In this document: positions 54,031 through 64,000 of the stretch, piece after piece
Layout: each line of letters starts with the position of its first letter
Numbering within the stretch: the first letter of the stretch is position 1
Source: Octopus bimaculoides
Taxonomy: Eukaryota
Assembly: GCF_001194135.2 (NCBI RefSeq)
Contig: NC_068984.1
Coordinates: 127,019,547 to 127,083,546 of the forward strand
DNA: 64,000 nt
Direction of reading: 5' to 3'
The notes under the pieces: model-generated
Seen by the model: the letters and a program-made list of their open reading frames with translations, nothing else
Database searches by the model: none
What the model was told of the DNA's origin: nothing
Program-made: the position numbers and the translations under genes

Positions 54031-55316
54031 GAGTCTGTGATTCACAAAAATGAAAGAATAATCCTTTCAACTATAGGTACAAAGCCTGAAATTTGTGGGG
54101 AGGGAGCTAGCCGATTATATCAAGACTAATGCTCAACTGGCACTTATTTTACCAGCCTCAAATGGATGAATGGCAAAGTTGACCTCAGTACGATTTGAAC
54201 TCAGAACATAAAAACACAAGAAATGCTGGTAAGCATTTTGTCCAGAAACAAGCCTTGTTAGCTTGCTACCTTAATAACCCTTTCTTCTAAAGGCACAAGG
54301 TCTGAAATTTTGGAGTAGGGGACTAGTCGAGTATTTCTACCCCTGTGTTTCACTGGTACTTAATTTGTCAACCTTGAAAGGATGAAAGGCAAAGTTGACC
54401 TTGGCGGAATTTGAACTCAGAACATAGAGACAGACAAAATGCTGCTAAGCATTTTGCCTGGCATGCTAACGATTCTGCCAACTCACCACCTTTTGCTGTC
54501 TCAATAATAATAATAACAATACTAATGGTGGTGATGGCAGTGGTGGTGGAGCAGTCATGGCTTTGGTTGTAGTGGTGGATGGATGGGGTGATGGTAATAA
54601 AGGGAAAAATAATGTTGGCATGGAGATGATGTCAGAGGCAGCAATGATTTGGAAAATAACTGCACAATGGGGATTTATTTCAGTGTTAACACTGGTTAAT
54701 GCAATCGAGTTTAACCTTTATTTTGAAGTGAGGTACTGGAAAATATTAATCTGTAAATCGCACGTCCTTAGCTGTTGGATAAAAGAAAGTTTGGAAAGGC
54801 ATTAACTGGCATTATTGAACAAGAATGTGGCACAAGTGAATTCAAAGACCCAGTCTTCAACAAGCAATTAATGAAGAAACATAAATTATTATGTGAGTGG
54901 AGGAGGAGGGTGGGAGGAGGAAGCGGAGGAGGAGGAACATTTTTGAGCTTTTGCAAACCAGATTAAAGGGACATGGAGGAAGACAGAATGGGATTAACGA
55001 TTACTGATGTGAAATAACCAAAGGTAATCTATGCAATGTTATTCAATTACATAAGGCAACAAACAGACAGGATATTTAGCACGCCAGGCAAAATCCATAG
55101 CAGCTTTTTGTCCATCACTACGTTCTGAGTTCAAATTCCGCTAAGGTCAACTTTGCTTTTGTCTTGCACATGCACGTACACCCACACACACGCACACCCA
55201 CACACAAGCACACACACACACACACACACACGTGCGCGCACACACACGCGTGCACACATACACTTGCACACATACATTCATACATACATACATACAAGCA
55301 AACTACCGTGATCACT

Positions 55317-55504
55317 CTGTTCTATATTTAAGAGATGAGGAATTATGTACATTATTTACATTATTTACATTCGACAGATATTTGTCCTCATCTTGTTTAT
55401 TGTTAACCACTACACCATACGCCCATGGGCATATGGCATAGTGGTTAAGAGCGTGGGCTACTAACCCCAAGATTCTGAGTTCGATTCCAAGTTGTGACCT
55501 GAGC

Positions 55505-55535
<31 letters not shown>

Positions 55536-55688
55536 TCGAAAATTACCTTAGGAATGAGAACCCAGGTTCAAGATTTCCCCAAGACACCCGAAGAAGGCTG
55601 GACGGTATATCAGCCGAAACGTTGTGTTAACAACAAACAAGATGAGGACAAATATCTGTCGAATGTAAATAATGTAAATAATGTATTA
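55317..55688 (+). mobile_element. Composite element: 60-bp inverted arms enclosing a tRNA-like Pol III head, (AAT)n and a Penelope-type hammerhead tail
   Basis: Arms 55348-55407 and 55626-55685 (59/60 complementary); A box TGGCATAGTGG 55434-55444; B box GTTCGATTCC 55479-55488; candidate TSD TGATCACT at 55309-55316 and 55689-55696. Confidence 0.8.
55583..55628 (+). ncRNA. Minimal type I hammerhead ribozyme-like motif
   Basis: Stem I GACAC/GUGUU, core CCGAAGA, stem II GGCUG/CAGCC, GAAA, palindromic ACGU stem III, GUU triplet. Confidence 0.6.
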
Positions 55689-56391
55689 TGATCACTATTT
55701 TACATTTGCTTTTCCCTGCTGGCACGGGTTAAACAGTTTTTCTGAAGCAGTGTTTTATGATCCTGTTGCTATCCTTTATAATTTCCAAAGAATTTTTCAA
55801 CAAATAATGTGAAGAAGAATGTAGTGTCTCATTAGTCATGATTTGTCAGTTTTCGTCTCAGGTGAATGTGTAATGTACCACATGACATTACCAATTGTTA
55901 ATAATATTCTTTTATCCAAGAATATTAGGGAGAGAGAGACATTAGGTATTTGAATATTCACAATGTAACATTCCTGTGTAAGGTCATTAATGATGTAAAT
56001 GAATGGTATTGCAGTCACCTGAGAATAGAAACTACATTCTGATCTCTGATACTTAGAACCACTGCAAACAGACAGACTATCATCACCATAACTACGGCAA
56101 TAATGACCACCACCACCACTACCACCACCACCACTACCACCATCATCACCACCCCCATCATCGTTATCACTTTAACGCCTCATTTCTATGCTTGCATGGC
56201 TCAGAGTTTACTGAAGCAGATTTTCTATGTATCACTAACCCTCACCTCTTTCCAAGTAAGGTAATATTTCCCCATGGCCAAAGATGTTTTTGCAGAATAT
56301 TGGAAATGAATGACACTGCTTCTCTAACAGTGACATCTATTTTACAATTAACACCATATTTGTACATTTCACAAGCAAAATATGAAAGAGT

Positions 56392-57087
56392 GGCGTAGGA
56401 GTGGCTGTGTGGTAAGTAGCTTGCTTACCAACCACATGGTTCCGGGTTCAGTCCCACTGCGTGGTACCTTGGGCAAGTGTCTTCTACTATAGCCTCGGGC
56501 CGACCAAAGCCTTGTGAGTGGATTTGGTAGACAGAAACTGAAAGAAGCCAGTNNNNNNNNNNNNNNNNNNNNNNNNNNNNNNNNNNNNNNNNNNNNNNNN
56601 NNNNNNNNNNNNNNNNNNNNNNNNNNNNNNNNNNNNNNNNNNNNNNNNNNNNNNNNNNNNNNNNNNNNNNNNNNNNNNNNNNNNNNNNNNNNNNNNNNNN
56701 NNNNNNNNNNNNNNNNNNNNNNNNNNNNNNNNNNNNNNNNNNNNNNNNNNNNNNNNNNNNNNNNNNNNNNNNNNNNNNNNNNNNNNNNNNNNNNNNNNNN
56801 NNNNNNNNNNNNNNNNNNNNNNNNNNNNNNNNNNNNNNNNNNNNNNNNNNNNNNNNNNNNNNNNNNNNNNNNNNNNNNNNNNNNNNNNNNNNNNNNNNNN
56901 NNNNNNNNNNNNNNNNNNNNNNNNNNNNNNNNNNNNNNNNNNNNNNNNNNNNNNNNNNAAATAACGTCGACCACTAACGTGGTATATGTGTCTATATGTT
57001 TGTGTGTCTGTGTTTGTCCCCACCCCCCAACATCGCTTGAGAACTGATGCTGGTGTGTTTACGTCCCCGTAACTTAGCGGTTCGGTA
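56392..57087 (+). mobile_element. SINE family A, young copy spanning an N gap
   Basis: Head GGCGTAGGAGTGGCTGTGTGGTAAG...CCGGGTTCAGTCCCACTGCG with CpGs largely intact. Confidence 0.9.
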
Positions 57088-57266
57088 AACGAATGTTAAA
57101 CGATGATATATTTTTAAAAATCTTTAAATATTTTGTGTATTGGAGAAGTAGAAGCAATTTATTGTACATGAATTCTAACAACAAAATCTTATATGGATTC
57201 TGGTTCAGAGCCACTGTTGTAGCTCCTGAAACCTTGTTCACTTACAATTTGATGTTTTATTTTCAG

Positions 57267-57430
57267 GTACTACAGTGCTACAATTATCCGTATGTCTGGT
57301 GTGAAGAGTGATGAAGCTGCCATTTGGTTGTCTGCAGTGACGGCAGCAGTAAACTTCTGCTTCACTCTTGTTGGTTTGTACTTAGTGGAAAAAATTGGGC
57401 GCAGAGCTCTAACTCTCGGCAGTTTGCTGG
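57267..57430 (+). CDS. SLC2A13: HMIT internal exon, 164 nt, phase 2 to 1
   Basis: Acceptor ttttcag, donor G/gtaagt. Encodes [54 protein letters not shown] with YYS and the VEKIGRR loop motif. Confidence 0.95.
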
Positions 57431-57959
57431 GTAAGTCCATGTAGTTTTGTTAATAACTTCCCTCTCAATCTGATTTCATTTACATGTTTTAAGAGAATTG
57501 CTGCACAACCATAGTTGACTAGCATGTTCCACAAAATAAAAAAAACAGCTAGAATAACTTTTCTTTTACCTCTTAAAATGTCAAAACAATTACAAATAAA
57601 AAATCAGTGATTTAAGTTTAATTTTTAAATGATCCATGTATTAAACAAGTTAATACTATTTCGTCTATTAATGCTGCAGTTATTGTCATTTAGTGTCACT
57701 AGTTAGATTTGATCAGGCTGTACCTTTCTTAGCTTTATACAGACAAACATATCTATATGTGTACAACCATGTACATTTATTTACCATGTCATTCATCACC
57801 TTTTCAGCATATGTGGGATGATAGATGAGGTCAGAACAAGACCGAAAACATGCCGGTAGTTGCCACCTGCAATTGCTTAAAATGCTAAAATAATATTAAT
57901 TCTCTACTAACATTTTTTTTTCATTGCACAATTATTTCTAATTAGCCATTTAAGACTTT

Positions 57960-58325
57960 ATTAACTCTAACTTAATCATTCTTTCCCAACTGAAATTAAT
58001 ATTAATTATTTTATACCATTATAATCCCATTTGGTTATTTTATACTACCTATATTAAAAAACTAATTATTCTGTACTAACTATAGCTACAATTGGTTTTT
58101 TTGTATTAACTATCATCTCTGTTGTTTGTTCTATACTAACTATAGTCACCATTGATTATTTTGTATTAACTATACTCACAGTTGGTTGTTGTGTACTAAC
58201 TATGGTGATAGTCTATATTAAATATAGTCACAGTTGGTTATCATGTACTTACTACACAGTTGGTTATTCTACATTAACTATAGTCACTATTCAATACTAA
58301 CTATAGACACTGTTGGCTACAGTTT
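57960..58325. repeat. Degenerate minisatellite of about 30 bp
   Basis: Recurring (C/T)TAACTATAGTCAC..TTGGTTATT.TGTA units. Confidence 0.65.
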
Positions 58326-58971
58326 AATTTTGTTTATTTAATTTTGAATAAAGTCATGGTTTCATGAATTCACAGACATGAGAATGTTAGATCAAACACC
58401 ATGTGATATTTGATTTGAATCTCTGCACTTTGAGTTCAAATCCCACCAAAATCAACTCTGCTTTTCATCCTTTCAGGATGAACACCCACCATCCTGGAGC
58501 ATTAGATTGGCAGAACATCAAACCAGATACTTCACAGAGTCTGTGAACTGAAATCCCACTGTGGCCTACAGGGGTGGTTGACTTAATCCATCAACCTATT
58601 TAACAGCTTGTGGGCAAGGTCCTTTAATGAAGTTGTGTCTAGTGCAAGCATTTGGATCAGATCTCTGATTTGAGGATTCCTCCTTCCCTCTTTTCCACCA
58701 GTCTCTGAAGTTCTGTAAAGGGTCATGAGCACTGCTTTCCTTCCTGGCTAAATGAAAATATCAATAGTTATTCTGTATCAACTGTGAGTTAATAGAACAA
58801 CAATAAGCTTATACTGGACTTGCATGGATTGAACCAGTAACCTCTAGCTTAAAGTGATACCATGTGGTTTCACTTCGCAGTTTAATCTGAAACATTTCAC
58901 TTACATCATCACTAATAAGCCAATGAGGGAAACTTTACACTGTCATTCAACCTACCAGAAATAGTAGTTCA

Positions 58972-59203
58972 AGGCGGCGAGTTGGCAGAAACGTTAGCAT
59001 GCCGAGCGAAATGCTTAGCAGTATTTTGTCTGCCATTACGTTCTGAGTTCAAATTCTGCCGAGGTCAACTTTGCCTTTCATCCTTTCGGAGTCGATAAAT
59101 TAAGTACCAGTTACGCACTGGGGTTGATGTAATCGACTTAATCCCTTTGTCTGTCCTTGTTTGTCCCCTCTGTGTTTAGCCCCTTGTGGGCAATAAAGAA
59201 ATA
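58972..59203 (+). mobile_element. SINE family B, full length, 15-bp TSD
   Basis: TSD AGAAATAGTAGTTCA at 58957-58971 and 59204-59218. Confidence 0.93.
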
Positions 59204-61233
59204 AGAAATAGTAGTTCATCTTCCTTCAGATTATAACCTACAATCTTAAGACAAGAGGGTAATGATTATTATGATTTTGATCCTAAGTATACTCGCTAAA
59301 AGTAGACCTGGGGCTAAACAACAATGACATCTATTACTTATGGCTTTTGGAAAGATATTAATGTTACAGCATTCAATTTATCATTCCTAAATATTGCTCC
59401 AGGGATGGCTGTGTGGTTAAGAAGCTTGCTCTGTAAACATGTTGTTTCAGGTTCGGTCCTCCTGCATGGCACCTCGGACAAGTATCTTCTACTATAACCC
59501 CAGGCCGACCAATGTCTTATCAGTTAATTTGGTAATAGAAAACTGTGAGGAAGCCTTGTCATGTACATGTGTGTCACCACTGCTTCACAATTGGTATTGG
59601 CTTATTTACATCTCCATAACTTCGCAGTTTGGCAAAAGAGATTGATACAATAAGTACTAGGGCTGAATTGTCCATTCAAACCCTTAAAGATGGTACCCCA
59701 GCATGGTCACAGTCCATTGACCGAAACAAGTTAAAGATTAAAGATATATCTACTATTAACTCTAATTATAACCTTAATTTCTATTTTGTACCTATGACAG
59801 CTAAAACTGGACTTCACCAACTATAGCTACAATCAGTTATTTTGTAGTATATGCAATATATATGCCAACTATGAACATAATTGCTTTTATTGTACCAACA
59901 ATAGCTAGAATGGATTTTTGCTATATTCACAATTATTCATCGTATATGAACTGTAGCTGGAATTGGCAAATGTAAGCTAGATCTATTTTATTTCTGTTTT
60001 ATGCATTTTATTTTAGATATTTCATCACTATATCTGAGAAACTGGAATATCTTTAGAGCTTACATACTGTTAAACAAGACACCATATTTAATCTCTATAG
60101 AGAATTTCCGGAAATAGATTTTGTTTGGCAAATACATGCTAAGTTGTACCAAACAATCTGAAGTATTATGTCTAAAGAACAAATTGTATACAACATTTTT
60201 CACCAATTCTAACGTCTTTTAACTTGTTATCTGTAGAGTAATGTCTTTTTATTTCCAACGTCTTCTAAAATAAAGTAAAAATGGCTCTATATAGCTCTTT
60301 TATTGATTTATTTCTCCCTCCATCTCCTGCCTACTCTCATTCTCTTTGTTGTATTTCATAAATTTAAGATTATCTTGTAGTAAAATCGCTTTCCAAGCCT
60401 AATTAATTTTTCTCCTGATAAAATATACTTGATGAAAGCTACTTCAAATCTGAATAGCAATCTGGAATAGTTTCTATCTTACCTGATTGTTTCTGCTGCT
60501 TTATGTCTATAAGTGAGCATAAAACTCTATGTCACTTGCTGCAATCTGCCTACTTTCCTTCTACACTTACCCTGACATACAATTTTATTTTATCTTATCG
60601 CAGTGTTTCTCTTTCAATTTCATCCAATTTATATTCTGTAGAATATTGCAATTTTCTGTATTTCACTCTCCATACTTACAGACACCATTCAACAACTTGT
60701 TCTCTTTAATAGCTTCAGTCAGCTGGAGTCTGCTGCATATTTCTCTACTTCCCTTTACTCTCAGTTTTCTGTAAAAGAACATACAAAAGGGTCATTGCTT
60801 GGATAATTAAATTGAAAATGAAATAAAAGAAGGCTGATTTTTTTTCCTTTTCATCTTTTATTTCATAGTTGAACAACTCTGCACACATTAAAATGTTTCT
60901 TTTGAAGTGGAGCAAATATTGTAATAAAAACATAAATAAAAATAATAGATACCTGGATCAAAGAGACACACTCTGTTATTGTTAATACTTAAAATAATTT
61001 ATCACATTTATAGAATAGCATATTATAGTATACATGCTTATCATATATTATGGCTACTAAGATATATTTGTGGTAAGGAGAAGGGGTGAAGAGTCAGAAA
61101 GAAATTAATTATGAGAAGGGCAGTGTAGGAGTTGTAAAAAAGAGAAATCAAAGGTTGAGAGAGGTGACAAGAGAAAAGAATCAAGAGAGTCAGAAGAAGG
61201 AAGAGGATGCTTCATTTTGTTGACTCTTCTCTC

Positions 61234-61610
61234 CATTAGCATAGCTAGAGTGTGCTGCCCAGGGCGGTCCTTCTGTTTCCTGCCCTGGACCCCACAAAAA
61301 AACACTTATTCTTTTCTACTCAAGGCACAAAGCCAGAAATTTTGGGGGAGGGGGCCAGTCGATTAAGTCGACCCCAGTATGAAACTGGTACTTAACTTAT
61401 CGACCCCGTAAGGATGAAAGGTAAAGTCGACCTCGGTGGAATTTGAACTCAGAACGTAAAGACAGACGAAATACCACTAAGCATTTCGCCCGGCGTGCTA
61501 ACGATTCTGCCAACACAAAAAACACTTATTGCCTACAGCAATAGCCTACAACAGGATGAAAAGTGCCACCCAGGACGGACCGCCCCTACCATCCCCTAGC
61601 TACGCTAGTG
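61234..61610. mobile_element. hAT-type MITE with 8-bp TSD, containing a nested SINE
   Basis: TIRs CATTAGCATAGCTAG/CTAGCTACGCTAGTG; TSD CTTCTCTC at 61226-61233 and 61611-61618. Confidence 0.85.
61311..61513 (-). mobile_element. SINE family B variant nested in the hAT MITE
   Basis: Flanked by CACAAAAAA(A)CACTTATT at 61293-61310 and 61514-61530. Confidence 0.88.
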
Positions 61611-61699
61611 CTTCTCTCTAGTGAACTGCAAGAGAAGTAAGTCAGAATTGTAAAATCAATTTTGGTTTCCTTATGCTTCCTGAAAAAACTGATATAATA

Positions 61700-62535
61700 A
61701 TGTTAGTTAGACTATGTTTGATAGAGTGTTCCACAGTAATTGTTTGACAAGGAATATTTGATAGTAAATGCTTGAAAGTATGAGTTTGACAGAGTAAATT
61801 GCTGATAGTAAACATTTGACATAGTTAATTGTTGACAGTAAATATTTAACAGAATAAATTTTTAATACAGTAACTGCTTTGCAGTAAATATTCACTAGTA
61901 GCTCTTTATTAGTGTTTGATAAAGAAAATATCTAAAAATAAATAGTTTATGAAGAAAAATTTGGTCAACAATATATAACGATATATGTATTTGAAGAAAT
62001 AAATGTTCAACAGTAACTATTTGACAGTATATATGTGGAAGGGTAAATGTTTGACAGAGATGTTGGACATTCTTGATGTTTCATGTTTTATGGTAAATGT
62101 TCAGTTGTGTAGATGTTTAACAGTAATTATTTGATAGAACAATATTTGAAATAATTGTCTGCTGGTAAATGTAAATTTTTTATAATAATTGCTTGATAAA
62201 GGAAATGTTCAATAGTAAATTATTAACAAATTAACAAATATCACCATCATCATCATACGAATCTAACAGTAAATTGTTTGTTAGAGTAAATGATTGAAAA
62301 TATAAATGCATGACAGTAAATATTTGTCAGAGTAAATATTTGATGGAATAAATATTTGACAATAAATGATTGACAATCAATATATTTGTTAAATGCTTGA
62401 CTTTGACAGTAGATGTTTGATGTAAATGAGAAAGTGCATTTGTCAGCAATTGTGTGAAAAACTAAATCATTGACAGTAAATTTTATAAGATTAAATTCTC
62501 GACTAAGTGAATGTTTGACAGAGTAAATTTTGATG
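61700..62535. repeat. Degenerate short-period tandem array (TTTGAYAGTAAAT-like)
   Basis: Many imperfect TTGACAG/TTGATAG-TAAAT units; the motif resumes at about 63480 beyond the mariner insertion. Confidence 0.7.
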
Positions 62536-63423
62536 TACAAGATGGTATCAAAAGGTTTCACGACTAGTTATGTTTAATAAAAAGTAATTTATTTACCTAA
62601 ATTTTAACATCATCTTTAAAATGGTCACCTTGTACAAGAATACACTGGTCCCAGCATTCCTGCCACTTTTGGAATCCAGCCTGGAAGTCGTTTTCCGTAA
62701 GCAAGTTGAGGACCTTCTGCAATTCATTCTGGATCTCAACCAGTGTTAAAATGGTGACCTTTGAGCTGTGTTTTCATCTTGATGAAGAGATGGAAGTCCA
62801 CAGGTGCTAAAACTGGTAAATAGGGCAGGTACAGAAGTAATACCATGTTTTTGACAAGAAACTCGCAAATGAGGAGATCTCATTGACAGGATGCATTGTC
62901 ATTGTGAAGAATCCAATTCTTTGTGCTCCACAGATCTGGTCACTTTCACCGAATGTCCTCCCTGAAATGCTTCAAGACATTGTTGATTGTCCTCTGACAA
63001 TCCTCATGCACAAACTGATGAATTTTCTTCACATTTCCAGGGGTGATGCTCATGGCAGTTCTTCCAGATTGCTTATCATCTTCCAGAGACATTCTTCTGC
63101 TTTTGAACTGCCTGTGCCACTCAAAACATTGTGCATGACCCATTGACTCATTGCCATAAGCCTGCTCAATATCTCTGTAGCACACTTCCCAAGTTTAATG
63201 CAAAATTTCACATTGAATTTGTTCCTGTCCATGACAAAATTGCAAATTACAGCATACACATGATCACAAAAACACAAATTTCACAACTTACAAAGTAAAC
63301 ACAATGATGTCACTCGGTACCCTACCTCATGAAGGTCACTGCTAGCTCTCATTGTGCATGCAACTGTGTACTGCCATCTGTTAGCACAGAACTAGTCTGG
63401 GAACTTTTCTATAGCACCTCGTA
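62536..63423 (-). mobile_element. Internally deleted mariner transposon with both TIRs
   Basis: TIRs TACAAGATGGTATCAAAAGGTTTCACGACTAGTT and AACTAGTCTGGGAACTTTTCTATAGCACCTCGTA with terminal TA. Minus strand encodes NVKFCIKLGKCATE..AYGNESMGHAQCFEWHRQFK..SGR, fused to PDLWSTKNWILHNDNA..PYLPVLAPVDFHLF..KWQECWDQCI. Confidence 0.9.
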
Positions 63424-63604
63424 CTGAATATTTGTCAGAGAATACCATTCATATACTGTGTTAACATGGTTTGCCTAATGTTTGACAGAGTAAATATAAC
63501 CTACACATTGCCAGAACTAACAATGTTTCTTAATAATGAACACTAAAACCATTCATGTATTGTCAAAATGCCAACACAACTCACTCTCTGATAATCTTTT
63601 TCAG

Positions 63605-63719
63605 GTGCTGTGATCAGTTTAGCATGGCTGGCTGTTGGTTTCTATTTATCTTCTGAAAACACTCCAGCTGTTAATTTTGTTGAACCTGTAGCAGTGGATA
63701 CCACTTGCGCTGTACACAA
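63605..63719 (+). CDS. SLC2A13: HMIT internal exon, 115 nt, phase 1 to 2 (TM9 and start of the long extracellular loop)
   Basis: Acceptor tctttttcag, donor AA/gtaagt. Encodes (G)AVISLAWLAVGFYLSSENTPAVNFVEPVAVDTTCAVH; in frame with the preceding exon. Confidence 0.88.
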
Positions 63720-63792
63720 GTAAGTACCTTCTGATCAATGTCATCTTCTTACTGTCTTTCTGATCATCATCATTATGATGTTAAGCATCACT

Positions 63793-63794
63793 AC

Positions 63795-63869
<75 letters not shown>

Positions 63870-63881
63870 CATTATTATTAA

Positions 63882-63915
<34 letters not shown>

Positions 63916-63947
63916 AATAATAATAATAATATCATTATTATTATTAC

Positions 63948-63981
<34 letters not shown>

Positions 63982-63985
63982 TTCA
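63793..63985. repeat. Long (ATT)n microsatellite
   Basis: Direct inspection. Confidence 0.97.
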
Positions 63986-64000
63986 GTAGTTTTATTTTTA

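Noticed and set aside
54772-54892. Candidate cassette exon (ttag...T/gtgagt, 121 nt) in an HMIT intron
   Set aside because: The polypyrimidine tract is weak, the length is not a multiple of 3, and the HMIT frame hits TAA; there is no homology support.
55427-55495. tRNA gene (also the tRNA-like heads at 9798, 50644 and in SINE families A and B)
   Set aside because: A and B boxes are present, but acceptor and anticodon stems are imperfect and the heads continue into repeat bodies, so these are SINE heads.
8-63935. Most ORFs in the supplied six-frame track (YI, CV, HT, IHPS and poly-I runs; X-containing ORFs)
   Set aside because: They are translations of microsatellites or run through N gaps, with no protein-like composition.

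Overview
This is a 64 kb eukaryotic, AT-rich, microsatellite-saturated window with assembly N-gaps. The SINE, LINE and simple-repeat landscape looks like an octopus or other coleoid cephalopod genome (inference). The only host gene I can support is a + strand proton/myo-inositol cotransporter (HMIT/SLC2A13-like MFS sugar porter). Five internal coding exons (23572-23731, 45228-45442, 49828-49939, 57267-57430, 63605-63719) join in frame through GT-AG introns; the first and last exons lie outside the window. The rest is intronic: at least three tRNA-derived SINE families (several with clear target-site duplications), RTE and R4/Dong-like LINE remnants, mariner/Tc1 remnants, hAT- and piggyBac-type MITEs, minisatellites and simple repeats. 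Nearly all ORFs in the supplied track are artefacts of simple repeats, gaps or transposon debris. The most interesting signals are a set of minimal type I hammerhead-ribozyme-like motifs of Penelope-element type (best at 55583-55628, + strand, and 7837-7873, - strand), a composite element that joins a tRNA-like Pol III head to one of these ribozymes between 60-bp inverted arms (55317-55688), and a near-perfect 133-bp fold-back (48901-49173) in an intron. I found no convincing new protein-coding system.
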